Positions 18,401 through 29,897 are shown, counted from the first letter of the stretch. The stretch: DNA of 64,000 bases from Candidatus Poribacteria bacterium (GCA_965215265.1 OZ244048.1:2592001-2656000); one strand, 5' to 3'. Numbers and translations are program-made. The notes: generated by a model not told the origin, from the sequence alone.

Positions 18401-19235
18401 GCGGCATCTGTGTGAGTTTTAGCAATTGCGGTTTGCCCCACAAAGCCCACGCGTAGTTACTATTGCCTTGAATATGACACTCGGTGAGAAAAGAGAGGAC
18501 AATCTGTTGACCGGCGTATTCGGTTAACTCGATGTCGTGTTCTGTCCAGCGGCATTCCGTTGAAACCGATTCAAAGCAGCATTCACCTGAAATGTGAATA
18601 GCAAATTTTACCCCTCCAGGGGACCGCGCTGTATCGTCAAATATAACCCCGTCTCTTAAACCGGTACTAAAATGGAGAAAGAACTTCGTATCGGTTTTAT
18701 TAATCTCGGGGAGCGAAATTTTATAGTCAATTCGTGCGGCATCGGTAGCGGTTGGGTGCGCAAAAATCGCGGGTTTCGTCACGCCGCCGGCCCTGTCTGC
18801 TGTGCTTGCGGAGGCTTGCTCTGCGCCTGTGTGCTTGCTCTTTTCAAACATCGCCACGAAATCGTATAGCTTCTCACTGACACCGACTGCAGGGGGCCCT
18901 AGCTTCCGCTCAGTAGGCGGAATAGGGGGTTTCGCGCTCGCTTCCTGACTCGCCTTCTCCTCGGTTTTTACCTGTTTTTCTTGCTGGTTAGCAGACTCTT
19001 GCACAATCTCATCAATAGGTTCCGGGGCAGCGTGCTCGTTGTCAGATGCGTTCTCGGCAGCAGCGTGCGGGTTCTCATCCGCGCTTGCGGTGTGAGTGCG
19101 AGTGCCGGTTTCAAAATGCACGTCCTTATCTTCTGCAGCAGCTTTTTCATCGGCAGAAATAGCCGGGTCTATTCCGTCAGAATCTGATTGTTTTTCGTCA
19201 GATAGACTTTCAAGTTGCTCTGTAGAAGTCAGCAT
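15477..19235 (-). CDS. large hypothetical protein (acidic disordered N-terminus, possible NPCBM/CARDB-like beta modules, possible (alpha/alpha)-barrel C-terminus)
   Basis: 1252-aa ORF directly abutting the upstream stop codon; domain guesses from pattern only. Confidence 0.75.
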   Translation of the reverse strand: MLTSTEQLESLSDEKQSDSDGIDPAISADEKAAAEDKDVHFETGTRTHTASADENPHAAAENASDNEHAAPEPIDEIVQESANQQEKQVKTEEKASQEASAKPPIPPTERKLGPPAVGVSEKLYDFVAMFEKSKHTGAEQASASTADRAGGVTKPAIFAHPTATDAARIDYKISLPEINKTDTKFFLHFSTGLRDGVIFDDTARSPGGVKFAIHISGECCFESVSTECRWTEHDIELTEYAGQQIVLSFLTECHIQGNSNYAWALWGKPQLLKLTQMPLRKARGDKEPTLYCGTALARFSDEKPQLLEFSVPDGTRVSELAADIHAQIVNSEKSPPISSQIVALALYAAQPKLEITSVGATAAVVQAGEDFELQCTVRNIGEAPLGKADIARLVINGVKLRRGRHTQNIKKLATGEETIISWFPRRHAQPMPVKFSVSVKSQTSAGEERHTTAGNIAIRPALPKLSDQVVPELHTFNQAGHIVIGNKHLRLVFVNGRSAGGSKKNDTRSQAAPEGFEYYVLFVAKGSTYHQVATCPALSEVTYIDSQKQHQTFRFVPTGYRLAGNSGESIIHIAGEHVDADGVTWNYRGTWVLTEKAKRVRTEFQLEASQKVDLLAFQGPMLYAAVPGQNGDRKTAALFPGLEFLDKTERSSNPRDAAPPLHNRLVPHPYKITVPLMAVEMQNSLVGLIWNPLDSWDGENKMLSAIFASPNWHQHQKNTLMGLFLPTVPEWVAENQTVATTPYSLQGGQLLSIKSELIVDGKADILDAIAHWHDAYGTPKPLEPPRSDEEELLLSRHGFMHTTWDADTQKSRHCIDWPAHNEPGFGTLLWYDYLATSDETVKARVETIAKNTCAESGPAALAARGSSHILNWEFPFYVGHLDAALDYMQAETRQLIDTQEADGSWRWQPTNEKTATLGTPGEAVLGTCTGHALTLLKHARITGDKTSRDAGFKALAFMKKFTIPRGAQLWECPMYQPDLLAAALAIGAYAEAYQIAGDKANLRHAEHWAKTGLPFLYQWHLPDRPGMLFASIPVFGTTFYTHPWFGVPVQWNGLVFAYYLQHFARLKNTKTRKSKTLWQQVAEGITVSAMYQQWADGERKGTYPDGFYGFCTERRGPHLNPEDIMVNVYTLLGLDPGIKTAIVDGAHVSSGANVEGLTLDAKTGQLSWNLSYAENQTSYTLIAGYKRAPKAVRTRYRQLRGEKNYAITTTEIPTVETLETATSGWCYLEEKNTILIKYLHPTVDVQFELVKP

Positions 19236-20384
19236 CTATTCTTTTTCACTCCATTTCTGTTTCATGATTTGCATTTCTGCGGTAAGCGTGGGTTCGTTAT
19301 GAGACGTTCGTGCGTGCGGGTTAATCTGCCATTCGCCTGACTCGTCTCTGTAAACTGGCTGTCGTTGCGCAACTGGCAATATGCCAAAGGGAGTGTGCGG
19401 CTCAATCTGGTACCAATAGGCGACAGAAGATGTCTCATTGCTGAGATGATTGCCGTGGCCGTGTTCAATCGTCACGCGAATTTCTTTCTCAAACCGTACC
19501 GGATTTTCTAAGTGAAAAACGTAGGAGGTCTGGTATCCATCGGTATGATTTTCGTGAATAGATGAACCGTTATGTGCGAACGCATTGGGTTGCATGCCCC
19601 AGGCTTGATTGAGATAGTCTTCGGAGCCGGTTCCGTGCAAATCAGGTGGCCATTTGTAACCGTCAACCCAAATCATATCGTCGCCTTCACCCCACCATGT
19701 GCCTTGGAAGTTGGTAATAGAGAGGTTACAGCCGATATAGTGGCCGGTGCCCTGTGCGTCCAAAATGCGGTAGTTGTTGTGCCATGCGAGCCGTTCTGTA
19801 TTCACAATATTCGCTTCGGGTGTATTGACGTGGATTTCGTGGCCCCATCCATCAGATGGATTTTCACGATGGAACTGCGCGTGGAAATAAGCAACATCGT
19901 CTCCGTGAGGCGCGTCGTATTGTTCATAGTCAATGTAGAAATATTGGCGGTGTGAGCTGTCGCCTTCATTGACGAGTTCAATCCGGGCGGTTTTGTTGAA
20001 AGGCATTTGTACATAGCAGTTCAGTGCACATCCTGAGTTGAATTCATTGTTGTGATGCGTAGAAGCGGAGAAGAGCATAGAATCGTAGGAGTTGACGATT
20101 TCGTGGCCGAGCCCAAAGAAATCGCCCAATGGAGCGAGGACGCTCGGGTGTTCCTCATTGTCCCAAAACATGCGGATGAGGACGTTGCGGTAGCCGTTCG
20201 GCTGCGTCATCCAGATATGATTGATACATCCCGGTCCCTGGATATCCGCGAGGACGCGAGTTTCACCTGGCGCAATCTCCCAGGCATCTCTATTCCTGCC
20301 AGTAGTATCCCAAGAAGAGGCACGTGAGGAGTGTGCTTTTTTTACGCGCGTTAATGATGATAAGAGTCCGTCAACATAAGTCAT
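19236..20384 (-). CDS. DUF2961 / glycoside hydrolase family 172 protein
   Basis: GPGCINHIWMT, PLGDFFGLGH, WWGEGDDMIWVDG, GTGSEDY, IEHGHGN motifs. Confidence 0.9.
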   Translation of the reverse strand: MTYVDGLLSSLTRVKKAHSSRASSWDTTGRNRDAWEIAPGETRVLADIQGPGCINHIWMTQPNGYRNVLIRMFWDNEEHPSVLAPLGDFFGLGHEIVNSYDSMLFSASTHHNNEFNSGCALNCYVQMPFNKTARIELVNEGDSSHRQYFYIDYEQYDAPHGDDVAYFHAQFHRENPSDGWGHEIHVNTPEANIVNTERLAWHNNYRILDAQGTGHYIGCNLSITNFQGTWWGEGDDMIWVDGYKWPPDLHGTGSEDYLNQAWGMQPNAFAHNGSSIHENHTDGYQTSYVFHLENPVRFEKEIRVTIEHGHGNHLSNETSSVAYWYQIEPHTPFGILPVAQRQPVYRDESGEWQINPHARTSHNEPTLTAEMQIMKQKWSEKE

Positions 20385-20609
20385 AGTTTTATTTCCAATT
20401 TTTGCGTTAAGGTGCTTTTAGCTCTTCCGTGGTCAGTTTGCCAGATATTTTTCGGCAAGTCTTATTTTATGGAGAATGCCGCATTTGAGGGAATAACGAA
20501 AGGTTCAAGCTACGGGTTCTCAAAATTAATTATAACACATCAAAAAAAAAAGCAATAGGAATTTTGCGAGGCAGCCCCGGTTCAGCACATCAGTACAGGT
20601 GTTTGTTTT

Positions 20610-21422
20610 TTATCCGTCTATGACGGCCTGCATCTTTTCCAATCCAATACGTGCAACCTCTGCTGCGTCTTGTTCCCAATAAGTTGGATTGAAAAGTTCC
20701 AAAGAGATTACGCCTCTATAGTCGGCATCCTGCAAAATGGAGATCATCCGTCTCAGGTCAAGTATGCCGTCTCCCGGATAAACCCGAGCGGCATCGGTTT
20801 GCTCCTCGCGAGCGGGTTGTGCGGGTGCATCATTGAAGTGGAATACCGCGATTTTATCGCCCGGTATTCCTTGCATATCTTCGATTTCTCCGCCACCACG
20901 ATAGATATGAAAGGGGTCGAGGACAATAGTACTATCCGGATGATCGGCGGCTGCTATCACTTCCCATGCGTATTTGACCTGGTTCACCCCGTCAACAAAT
21001 CCGAGAAATTCCATAGCGGGTTTGACCCCGAATTCACGTCCGAGTTCAAGCAGTTCACGGTAATTTTGACCGCCTAATGTCAAATCTGCCAGTTCATGCG
21101 GTGGACTAGCAATGCTGTAAGTAGCGCCGACTGCGGCTGCTTGTGCCATGCGCCGCTTCGCTTCTTCAACAGCGTTTTGATGTTCGGTACCTGTTGTATT
21201 GAGCCAACCGTGCAAGGCGATAACAGTAGGTACCGACAGCCCCTGGTCCTCGACGGCGCTTTTTACATCGGCAAGCGAGCCGCCTTGCGCTTCGTAAGTT
21301 GTCAAGTCGTCGTTCCAGAGTTCAATTGCGGAGTACCCTGTTTCGCCTGCAATCCGGATTTTGTCCATGAGACTCGCTGGGCGAATTGTGCTTGTGTTTA
21401 ATCCTAGCTGAAATTGTGCCAT
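20610..21422 (-). CDS. sugar phosphate isomerase/epimerase (AP_endonuc_2 TIM barrel)
   Basis: MEFLGF, LDPFH, FHFND, PGDG, SLELF; RBS before MAQF. Confidence 0.88.
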   Translation of the reverse strand: MAQFQLGLNTSTIRPASLMDKIRIAGETGYSAIELWNDDLTTYEAQGGSLADVKSAVEDQGLSVPTVIALHGWLNTTGTEHQNAVEEAKRRMAQAAAVGATYSIASPPHELADLTLGGQNYRELLELGREFGVKPAMEFLGFVDGVNQVKYAWEVIAAADHPDSTIVLDPFHIYRGGGEIEDMQGIPGDKIAVFHFNDAPAQPAREEQTDAARVYPGDGILDLRRMISILQDADYRGVISLELFNPTYWEQDAAEVARIGLEKMQAVIDG

Positions 21423-21432
21423 TCTGTTTTTC

Positions 21433-22233
21433 CTATTTCTCCAGTAACGCCCGAATAAAGCGGACATCTATTCTGGCAAGATCTATGACGGTGTCGACAG
21501 GTTCGCCGCTGTATTCGCTGTGGAAGCTAATCGGTCCAGTAAAGTCGATTGCTGTCAAAGTGTTAACAGCGGTTTCCCAATCAACGAACCCTTTTCCCAT
21601 GCGTACAACTGAACCGCCTCGCATCCCGGGGGCTCGTGCGAGGTCTTTGAACGCCATCACCGCGAGATGTGATTTGACAATATCGAGTGCCATGTTAATC
21701 GGTTCACCCACGATGGAGAGATGCCCTGTGTCTGCGAAAACGCCCACATGCTGCGGGTCAAAACCCTTGACGAGGTTCATCACTGCGCAAGAATTTAGCC
21801 CCATTGAAGTGCCTGAGTGGTTGTGGATGCATGTGCGGGGTCCGTACTGCTCTGAGAGTTTGGCGAATCCGTGTAATTGACTGCGAATAAAATCGACCTG
21901 TTGCCAATAGCCGCCATTGTCGGCTGTCCAATGCCAATAGCCGAGTTTGATGTTTTCGACACCGGCCTCCCCAGCGGCGGCATAGACACGCCTTGTCTCT
22001 TCGCGCGTCGGTTCTAGAAAATCGCCGGGGGTTGTAATAAGGGGGATAGACAATTCTTCGGCTGCGAACTGCTTTGCAGCAGCAGGCAACGCTGTAGAGG
22101 CGTTTTCGGGATTGACCGGATAGCCCGGGCGGACACACAGGTCTGCACCTTGTACACCGACGGAGTGAAGCCCGTTGATGATGTCAGGAATGTCTAAGCC
22201 TTCTAGATGTTTAGTAAACATGATAAATTTCAT
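21433..22233 (-). CDS. sugar phosphate isomerase/epimerase family protein
   Basis: IHNHSG, DTGH, FKD, GKGFVDW, SFHSEY; GGAG RBS before MKFI. Confidence 0.85.
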   Translation of the reverse strand: MKFIMFTKHLEGLDIPDIINGLHSVGVQGADLCVRPGYPVNPENASTALPAAAKQFAAEELSIPLITTPGDFLEPTREETRRVYAAAGEAGVENIKLGYWHWTADNGGYWQQVDFIRSQLHGFAKLSEQYGPRTCIHNHSGTSMGLNSCAVMNLVKGFDPQHVGVFADTGHLSIVGEPINMALDIVKSHLAVMAFKDLARAPGMRGGSVVRMGKGFVDWETAVNTLTAIDFTGPISFHSEYSGEPVDTVIDLARIDVRFIRALLEK

Positions 22234-22364
22234 ATTTTTCTCCGTAGGAGCACGTAAAAATCGCAAGCGGAGCATGCTTGATGCCCCTCAGTCGGGATAC
22301 TTTTTTTCATCAAAACGTCTCAAAACGTCTTTATTTTTCCGAAGAAGAGACTTCACGGGACGTT

Positions 22365-23468
22365 TTACCAATCGATCACAGCGCCGTCGTCTGGGTGGAA
22401 CGTCATCGCGTTTCGCCAATCGTGGTCGATTTTATCTTCAAGTGCGTCTTCGTCCAGTTCAATACCTAATCCTGGCCCGGTGGGTAATTCTACGAACCCG
22501 TCTTTGAAGACAAACGGATTCTTGAGATAGCCCTCACCGAGCGTGGTATGCTCCTGCATTAAAAAGTTTGGGATCGACGCATCTACCTGTATGCATGCGG
22601 CTAACGAAATAGGGCCGAGCGGGTTGTGCGGTGCGATGCCGCCGTAATAGGCTTCTGCCATGCCTGCAATGATGCGTACTTCGTTAATGCCGCCTGCATG
22701 ACACAGATCTGGTTGGAGTATGCTAGCGGCTTGCTTCTCCAAAATCTCGCGGAATCCCCACTTCGTGAAGATGCGCTCGCCTGTAGCGATAGGTAGATGC
22801 GTGCTGCGTGCGATCTCTGCCATGACATCTACATTTTGGCACTGAATTGGTTCTTCTATAAACATCGGTTGGTACGGTTCTAAGGCTTTGATGAGCAGTT
22901 TTGCTGTTTGCGGGCTAATTGCGCCGTGAAAGTCAATCGCCAGATCGACTTCTGGTCCGGCTGCTTCGCGTAATTCGGCGAAATGGTTGACTGCCTGATC
23001 GACGAACGCCTTATTTTCAATGATGCGTGCGGGGCGTCCGCCTGCAACGCCGGTTTTAAATGCCGTAAACCCTTTGTCAATCCACTCCCGAATGCTGTGC
23101 GGATCCCCGCCCCCTTTATAGAGCCGTATGCGTTCTCGGGTGGGTCCTCCGAAAAGTTGATAGACAGGTACTCCGAGGGATTTTCCTGCGAGATCCCAGA
23201 GTGCTTGCTCTACGCCGCTTAAGGCGCTTGTGAGAATGGGTCCTCCACGGTAAAAGGCATGCCGGTACATCGCCTGCCAATGGTGTACAACGCGTGTCGG
23301 GTCTTGGCCAATGAGGTAAGGTGCGAGTTCATCAACTGCTTGTGCGCAGGTCTTCGCGCGGCCTTCCAGAATCGGTTCACCGAGCCCAACGAGGCCTTCG
23401 TCTGTATGGATTTTAAGAAAGAGCCAGCGCGGTTGAACCAGAAAAGTTTCTAATTTCGTAATCTTCAT
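22365..23468 (-). CDS. dgoD: galactonate dehydratase (enolase superfamily)
   Basis: PRWLFLKIHTDEGLVGLGE, FYRGGPILTSALSG, DFHG, FIEEP, ATGER, APHNPLGP. Confidence 0.85.
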   Translation of the reverse strand: MKITKLETFLVQPRWLFLKIHTDEGLVGLGEPILEGRAKTCAQAVDELAPYLIGQDPTRVVHHWQAMYRHAFYRGGPILTSALSGVEQALWDLAGKSLGVPVYQLFGGPTRERIRLYKGGGDPHSIREWIDKGFTAFKTGVAGGRPARIIENKAFVDQAVNHFAELREAAGPEVDLAIDFHGAISPQTAKLLIKALEPYQPMFIEEPIQCQNVDVMAEIARSTHLPIATGERIFTKWGFREILEKQAASILQPDLCHAGGINEVRIIAGMAEAYYGGIAPHNPLGPISLAACIQVDASIPNFLMQEHTTLGEGYLKNPFVFKDGFVELPTGPGLGIELDEDALEDKIDHDWRNAMTFHPDDGAVIDW

Positions 23469-23646
23469 GGGGTGCCTCGATCCGAACTATCTATGGTATG
23501 ATTTTTCGCCATGTTACCATTTCTCCCAATTTTTTCCAACGTATTTGCTTATAAAGTGTGAATAGATAAACCGGCATGAATAGAATAAATTAGGGCGGTG
23601 CAGCAGCACCACCCCAAATTCATAGTTTGTCCGAGTGTATGCGGAG

Positions 23647-24423
23647 TTATTTGCCCATTGCCTTCAGTGCCGTCAAGCAGCGTTCTACAGCTTCCAAGGG
23701 CGGGAATGCATCACTTTCGTATTCAACGATATACCACTTTGTCCCGGCGGTGGTTTCGCAAATCCGGAAGATGTCTTCCCATGGCACGCTGTCCTCGCCA
23801 ATAATTGGACGGAATCCGGCGTGCCGGTCGGTTTCACCTGCAGCTTCGGTATATGGCTTGAGATGTACGGTTCCTGCCCGTCTGGGGTATCTCTCCAAGA
23901 TTCCGACTAAATCGGCACCGCCGGAGAGCGCGTTGCCCATATCCAATTGCATGACGATGCCTTCGTTGGTATTCCCGAAAAATGTATCCCACGGCTGTTC
24001 GCCATCCAGCGGTGAGAACTCAACGTGATGGTTGTGATATCCTGTCACCATGTCGTGTACTGCCAGTTTATCAGCGAGTTCATTGAAGAAGTCGGCTAAT
24101 TTCAGCCAATCTGCCCGCGATTGGCGAAGTTCTCCTGGGATTCCGGGAATGATGACGTAAGGGTTCTCTAACACCTTATTGAATTCGATCGTTCCTGCAA
24201 GTGTGTCGGCTTGGACAAGGTTGAAGGGGGTATGCCAACCACAACAAATTAGGCCGAATTCGTCCAACAACGTTTTTAATTCTTGTGCGGTATGTTGGGG
24301 CGGTCCGGCGAATTCAACGCCTTCGTACCCCATTTCCGCGACAGCTTTAAGCGTGCCGCGCACATCCTCTGCTAATTCATTCCGAACAGAAAATAACTCT
24401 AAACCGATCGGTATTCTTGCCAT
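23647..24423 (-). CDS. sugar phosphate isomerase/epimerase family protein
   Basis: IGLELFSVR, GYEGVEFAG, GYHNH, QLDMG, HLK, YIVEYE; AAGGA RBS. Confidence 0.88.
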   Translation of the reverse strand: MARIPIGLELFSVRNELAEDVRGTLKAVAEMGYEGVEFAGPPQHTAQELKTLLDEFGLICCGWHTPFNLVQADTLAGTIEFNKVLENPYVIIPGIPGELRQSRADWLKLADFFNELADKLAVHDMVTGYHNHHVEFSPLDGEQPWDTFFGNTNEGIVMQLDMGNALSGGADLVGILERYPRRAGTVHLKPYTEAAGETDRHAGFRPIIGEDSVPWEDIFRICETTAGTKWYIVEYESDAFPPLEAVERCLTALKAMGK

Positions 24424-24664
24424 ATTGTTTCCTTTCGTGTTATGTATAATGCCTTTTGGAAATAGCAAAGACGCTCTGCCTTTGTCTGAAATGTATTCTA
24501 TCATTATTATGCGGATACGTCAAGTAGCAATATGAATTGGTAAAAAAAATAGATAAAAAGTGAGAAATTTTCAACCAATACAGTATATAATTAAGCCGTT
24601 TTTGCACATGAGTACTGTAGATGACACGAAAATATCGACAAAATTCAATAGATGATAATTTTTC

Positions 24665-24693
24665 TTGCAATTGTAACAAATCTGTGTTAAAAT
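24665..24693 (+). promoter_or_regulatory. sigma70-like promoter for glyA-folC-hppA
   Basis: TTGCAA-N17-TAAAAT with extended -10 TG. Confidence 0.5.
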
Positions 24694-24725
24694 TTGATTT
24701 TCACGAATGGAAGCAGGGGGAAAAA

Positions 24726-25982
24726 ATGAATAGATTATTAACCGAGGTAGATGCGGAAATCGTTAAGATTGCCGAGAAAGACCTCACACGTCAGCAGAAC
24801 ACGTTGATGTTAATTCCATCAGAAAATTACGTCAGCCGGGCTGTCATGGAAATTCAAGGCAGCATTCTGGGCAATAAATACGCTGAAGGTTACCCTGGGG
24901 AACGCTACTATAACGGCTGTGAGTTTATGGATGAGGTAGAATCCTTGGCAATTGAACGTGCAAAGACGCTTTTCAACGTCGAACACGTCAATGTGCAACC
25001 GCATGCCGGCACACAAGCGAACATGGCAGCTTACTATGCTTTACTCGAGCCCGGCGATACCATCCTTGCAATGTCCCTTGGACATGGTGGGCATCTCAGC
25101 CATGGCGATGCAGTCAATTTCTCGGGACGGTATTACAACGTCGTGACATACGGGGTTGATGCTGAGAGCGAGCAGATTGATCTGGACGAAGTCTCGCGAC
25201 TCGCGCAGCAGCATCGGCCCAAGTTAATTGTTGTCGGGGCGACGGCATACCCACGTCAATTTGATTTCGAAACCTGGCGACGTATAGCAGATTCTGTGGA
25301 TGCGTATCTACTAGCAGACATTGCACATATCGCGGGGCTTATTGCCGGCGATGCTCATCCGGACCCGGCACCTTATAGCGATGTGATTACGACGACCACG
25401 CATAAGACATTACGCGGCCCACGCGGTGCCATCGTGATGTGCAAGGCGGAGCATGCAGCAAAAATAGACCGTGCTGTATTCCCGGGTTTGCAAGGCGGGC
25501 CCTTTCTCCATACCATCGCTGCAAAAGCCGTTGCATTTAAGGAAGCGAGCGAGCCGGCTTTCAAAACCTATCAAGCGCAGATTGTGAAAAATGCCAAAGC
25601 ACTCGCCGCGCGCCTAACAGATAACGGCTTCCGTCTCGTCAGCGGGGGCACAGAAAATCATCTGATGCTCGTTGATTTGACGACCAAATATGATAAGCTC
25701 AGCGGACGACAAGCCGCAGATCATCTCGAAGATGCGGGAATTATTGTGAATAAAAACAGCATTCCTTACGACAAAAGGAAACCGAGGACAACGAGCGGCA
25801 TCCGGCTCGGAACACCGATGGTTACGACACGGGGCATGACGGAACCGGAGATGTACCAGATTGCCGATTTTATCGCAGAGACGCTTGAAAACAGGCGAAA
25901 GGCATCCATTAAACGCCACATTCGTGCAAAAGTCGCCGAATTGTGTGCCCAATTTCCCATCTACGAATATCTGTCTGCATAA
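24726..25982 (+). CDS. glyA: serine hydroxymethyltransferase
   Basis: [41 protein letters not shown]. Confidence 0.97.
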   Translation: MNRLLTEVDAEIVKIAEKDLTRQQNTLMLIPSENYVSRAVMEIQGSILGNKYAEGYPGERYYNGCEFMDEVESLAIERAKTLFNVEHVNVQPHAGTQANMAAYYALLEPGDTILAMSLGHGGHLSHGDAVNFSGRYYNVVTYGVDAESEQIDLDEVSRLAQQHRPKLIVVGATAYPRQFDFETWRRIADSVDAYLLADIAHIAGLIAGDAHPDPAPYSDVITTTTHKTLRGPRGAIVMCKAEHAAKIDRAVFPGLQGGPFLHTIAAKAVAFKEASEPAFKTYQAQIVKNAKALAARLTDNGFRLVSGGTENHLMLVDLTTKYDKLSGRQAADHLEDAGIIVNKNSIPYDKRKPRTTSGIRLGTPMVTTRGMTEPEMYQIADFIAETLENRRKASIKRHIRAKVAELCAQFPIYEYLSA

Positions 25983-27457
25983 TGGATTACGAAGCAGCCA
26001 TTGCTTATATCACCCAATTTATTGATTACGAGAGAAGTCCGGATTTTTCGCGTCAGGCGCGCCGGTATAACCTAAACCGCATCGTGTCTCTATTGGACCT
26101 GCTTGGAAATCCGCAGGCGCAGCTGCGCGTAGTGCACATCGCAGGTAGCAAAGGGAAAGGCTCAACGGCAGCACTCATTGCATCAATCTTACGCTGCGCG
26201 GGCTATAAAACGGGGTTGTTTACATCGCCGCATCTCATCTCCCCGAGAGAGCGTTGCCGTATTGATGAGGAACTCATCTCCAAAGCGGATATCGCGCGGT
26301 ATATTGAGAAGCTCAAACCTGCAATAGACACCGTCTCTGGTTCAGAATGGGGGAGGGTCTCGTTTTTTGAAATTTACACGGCCATGGCTTTCTGCTACTT
26401 TGCAGATGAAGGCACAGATTTCGCTGTTATTGAGGTTGGTTTAGGCGGAAGGCTTGACGCAACGAATGTCGTCAAACCGGCGGTAACCGTTATCACCCCA
26501 ATTAGTTTGGAACACACGGCGATACTCGGTAAAACGTATCCAGAAATAGCAGCAGAAAAGGCAGAAATCATAAAAACAGGATGTCCACTCGCCTTAGCAC
26601 CACAGCCAGCAGAAGCCGAAGCAGTTTTTGTGAAACGTGCAACTGAACGCAACGCGCCAATTGTCCGTGCTGGCACTATTCGGAATCACAACGTCTTAAT
26701 TGGAGTGCGTCAACAGAAAGATAGAGACATCGATCCCAATGCTTTAGAAAACCGCGGAGGCGCATCTGCGTCCGATCATCCAGGACAACGCTTTAGTCTA
26801 AAAACGGAATCGGATAACTATCCGGCACTCTTCATTCCACTTCTGGGGGAGTATCAACTCGTCAACGCTGCAACTGCCATTGCAGGGATTGAGTGCCTTA
26901 AACAGATAGGATACGCTGTACCACGAGAAAGCATCTATCACGGAATAGCAGAGGTGAAATGGCCGGGGCGGATGCAAGTCATCTCTATATCTTGGGGTAA
27001 CGAGGAACAAGATAATGCACGCCAGCAAAGAGACACGCCGCGGTTTTTGCTGGATGGTGCACATTCACCAGAATCAGTAGGGCTTTTATGCGAACAGATA
27101 CGTAGGAATTTCCGTTACAACCGGCTGATTTTTATCGTGAGTCTTATGCAGGATAAAGCAATTCGCGAAATTGGTGCGATAATTGGCCAAAACGCGGACA
27201 TCGTTATCGTCACGGAAGTGTCTGATAATCCGCGTGTGATGTCCGCATCTCGATTAAAAGAAGTATGGAGTGAACTGTGTGAAGAAATCTGGGTTTGCCT
27301 ACCGCCGCAGGTGGCGCTGACAACTGCATTGTCAGCCGCCTCATCAGGAGATTTAATCTGTGTGACAGGCTCACTTTATCTCGTGGGCGAATGTCTGGAT
27401 TTTATGGACAAACGTAAAGCAGAAAAACAAAAGAAGGATAAAAAATTTAATGTATGA
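25982..27457 (+). CDS. folC: folylpolyglutamate/dihydrofolate synthase
   Basis: [48 protein letters not shown]; start overlaps the glyA stop. Confidence 0.95.
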   Translation: MDYEAAIAYITQFIDYERSPDFSRQARRYNLNRIVSLLDLLGNPQAQLRVVHIAGSKGKGSTAALIASILRCAGYKTGLFTSPHLISPRERCRIDEELISKADIARYIEKLKPAIDTVSGSEWGRVSFFEIYTAMAFCYFADEGTDFAVIEVGLGGRLDATNVVKPAVTVITPISLEHTAILGKTYPEIAAEKAEIIKTGCPLALAPQPAEAEAVFVKRATERNAPIVRAGTIRNHNVLIGVRQQKDRDIDPNALENRGGASASDHPGQRFSLKTESDNYPALFIPLLGEYQLVNAATAIAGIECLKQIGYAVPRESIYHGIAEVKWPGRMQVISISWGNEEQDNARQQRDTPRFLLDGAHSPESVGLLCEQIRRNFRYNRLIFIVSLMQDKAIREIGAIIGQNADIVIVTEVSDNPRVMSASRLKEVWSELCEEIWVCLPPQVALTTALSAASSGDLICVTGSLYLVGECLDFMDKRKAEKQKKDKKFNV

Positions 27458-29837
27458 AATCAATGCGAATGCCTGCTACGGGCAGGCAAGAATAAATTCT
27501 AATTGTTTAAAAGGTCGGAAGTATCTACTGAAAGTAGTTCTAACACTGTTACTCTCTATTGGCCCGGTTGATTTCGTTTTAGCCCAAACAACAGAACTCC
27601 CGTCCGTGCCGGCAGCATGGTGGATTGCGCCTATCGGTTCGCTTATCGCTTTAGGATTTGCGTTCTACTTTTACCGTGCAGTCATGAAGCAGGATGAAGG
27701 AAATGACACGATGCGCGATATCGCACAATCTGTGCGAGAAGGCGCGATGGCATATCTGAAACAACAATATAAGATAGTGGGCATCGTTTTCATTGTCCTT
27801 TGCCTTATCTTTCTCTTTATGGCATTTGTTTTGAAAGCACAAAACCAGGTCGTCCCGTTTGCGTTTCTTACCGGCGGATTCTTCTCTGGACTCTGCGGTT
27901 TCCTGGGAATGAAAACGGCGACGAACGCCTCAGCACGCACCACGAGCGCAGCTATGCAAGGACTGAACGCAGGTCTGAAGGTATCCTTCCGTGCAGGCGC
28001 TGTAATGGGGCTCATAGTCGTCGGATTTGCCCTCCTTGATATCACCGGGTGGTTTTTGATTCTCTACTATCTATTCCCAAAACTCTTCCCTGGATTTTTA
28101 GCGACGAATCCATTGCCGGAGATTACGGTGATTATGTTGAGTTTCGGGATGGGTGCCTCAACGCAGGCACTCTTTGCACGCGTTGGTGGGGGAATTTATA
28201 CGAAGGCAGCTGATGTCGGCGCAGACCTCGTCGGGAAGGTTGAGGCTGAAATTCCAGAAGACGATCCGAGAAATCCAGCCGTCATCGCAGATAACGTCGG
28301 CGATAATGTCGGCGATGTCGCGGGTATGGGTGCAGATTTATACGAATCTTATGCAGGTTCTATTCTTGCAACCGCAGCGCTCGGTGTCGCTGCAGCTGCC
28401 TCGCGGGAACATGATAACCTGGCTCTCCAACTCCAGTATCTCTCTGCCCCGATGATTATTGCCGGTATTGGTGTACTGCTCTCAATTCTCGGAATTTATA
28501 TGGTGCGTACCAAAGAGGGTGCCTCCATGAAGCAGCTAATGGGTTCACTTAACTTCGGGATTAATGGGAGTGCTCTCGGCATCGCGCTCCTATCCATTCC
28601 TGTCTTATTGTACCTCGATTTGCCCAACAAATGGCAGGTTTGGGGTGCTATTATCACAGGACTTGTAGCCGGATTAATTATCGGCAAGGTGACTGAGGTG
28701 TTTACTTCTCATGATTATGAGCCGACACGTACGATAGCAAAGCAAGCAAAGACAGGTCCAGCTACAGTGATTATCGAAGGCATTGCAGTGGGAATGGAAT
28801 CGACAGCAATTCCGGTCTTAACGATTATCGCTGCAGTTGCAGTGAGTTACTACCTCCCCGGCGGTGCAAAGGAACCGCTGATGGGGCTATACGGTGTCGG
28901 AATTGCCGCGGTTGGTATGTTAGCAACCCTGGGCATTACACTGGCAACAGATGCTTATGGGCCCATTGCAGACAACGCAGGCGGAAACGCGGAAATGGCT
29001 GAATTAGATGAGAACGTCCGAAAACGCACAGATCAGCTTGACGCACTTGGAAACACAACGGCAGCAACCGGTAAAGGCTTCGCAATCGGATCCGCGGCAC
29101 TCACCGCGCTCGCACTTTTGGCTGCTTATCTAGAGGAAGTACGTTACGGATTAAAACATCTCGCCGGAATGGACACCTTGAGTATCCCAGGCGAAGGCAC
29201 GGTTGACACTGTGAAGGCAACAATTAGCCAATTTATGGTTTACTACGATGTCACGCTCATGAACCCACAAGTTCTCATCGGTCTGTTCATCGGTGCAGTG
29301 ATGGCATTCTATTTCTGCGCCTTGACAATGAAAGCAGTCGGACGCGCAGCCGGGGCGATGGTAGAGGAAGTTCGCCGCCAATTTCGCGAAAAACCCGGAA
29401 TTATGAAACGCGAAGAAAAGCCGGATTATGCACGTTGCGTTGAAATCTCAACCGCAGGCGCACAACGTGAAATGATCTTTCCATCACTCATCGCCATTGT
29501 TGTCCCTGTCGCAGTCGGATTAATTTTCAACGTCGCAGGCGTGCTCGGCCTGCTCGCCGGTGGACTTGCTACTGGGTTTGTTCTAGCTATCATGATGGCA
29601 AACGCCGGTGGCGCCTGGGACAATGCCAAGAAGTTTATTGAGCAAGGCGAACACGGTGGCAAAAAATCCGATGCCCACAAAGCCACCGTCGTTGGAGATA
29701 CCGTTGGAGATCCTTTCAAAGATACCTCAGGTCCTTCGCTTAACATTCTGATTAAACTGATGTCCATGGTCTCGGTTGTATTTGCTGGCCTCATTGCAAA
29801 ATATGGCGGCCTGATGAGCAATTGGTTAGGCATGTAA
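27450..29837 (+). CDS. hppA: membrane-bound ion-translocating pyrophosphatase (K+-dependent type, probably Na+)
   Basis: [33 protein letters not shown] (Ala at the K+-dependence position), [14 protein letters not shown]. Confidence 0.95.
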   Translation: MYEINANACYGQARINSNCLKGRKYLLKVVLTLLLSIGPVDFVLAQTTELPSVPAAWWIAPIGSLIALGFAFYFYRAVMKQDEGNDTMRDIAQSVREGAMAYLKQQYKIVGIVFIVLCLIFLFMAFVLKAQNQVVPFAFLTGGFFSGLCGFLGMKTATNASARTTSAAMQGLNAGLKVSFRAGAVMGLIVVGFALLDITGWFLILYYLFPKLFPGFLATNPLPEITVIMLSFGMGASTQALFARVGGGIYTKAADVGADLVGKVEAEIPEDDPRNPAVIADNVGDNVGDVAGMGADLYESYAGSILATAALGVAAAASREHDNLALQLQYLSAPMIIAGIGVLLSILGIYMVRTKEGASMKQLMGSLNFGINGSALGIALLSIPVLLYLDLPNKWQVWGAIITGLVAGLIIGKVTEVFTSHDYEPTRTIAKQAKTGPATVIIEGIAVGMESTAIPVLTIIAAVAVSYYLPGGAKEPLMGLYGVGIAAVGMLATLGITLATDAYGPIADNAGGNAEMAELDENVRKRTDQLDALGNTTAATGKGFAIGSAALTALALLAAYLEEVRYGLKHLAGMDTLSIPGEGTVDTVKATISQFMVYYDVTLMNPQVLIGLFIGAVMAFYFCALTMKAVGRAAGAMVEEVRRQFREKPGIMKREEKPDYARCVEISTAGAQREMIFPSLIAIVVPVAVGLIFNVAGVLGLLAGGLATGFVLAIMMANAGGAWDNAKKFIEQGEHGGKKSDAHKATVVGDTVGDPFKDTSGPSLNILIKLMSMVSVVFAGLIAKYGGLMSNWLGM

Positions 29838-29897
29838 GACTCCAGAATCCTTGGGCAGCAGCGACATTGTTGTACAGAATAGAACTGGAACACAACC

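Noticed and set aside
24424-24725. Possible folate/ZTP riboswitch upstream of glyA
   Set aside because: AT-rich divergent promoter region; no aptamer consensus, and the predicted leader is only about 25 nt.
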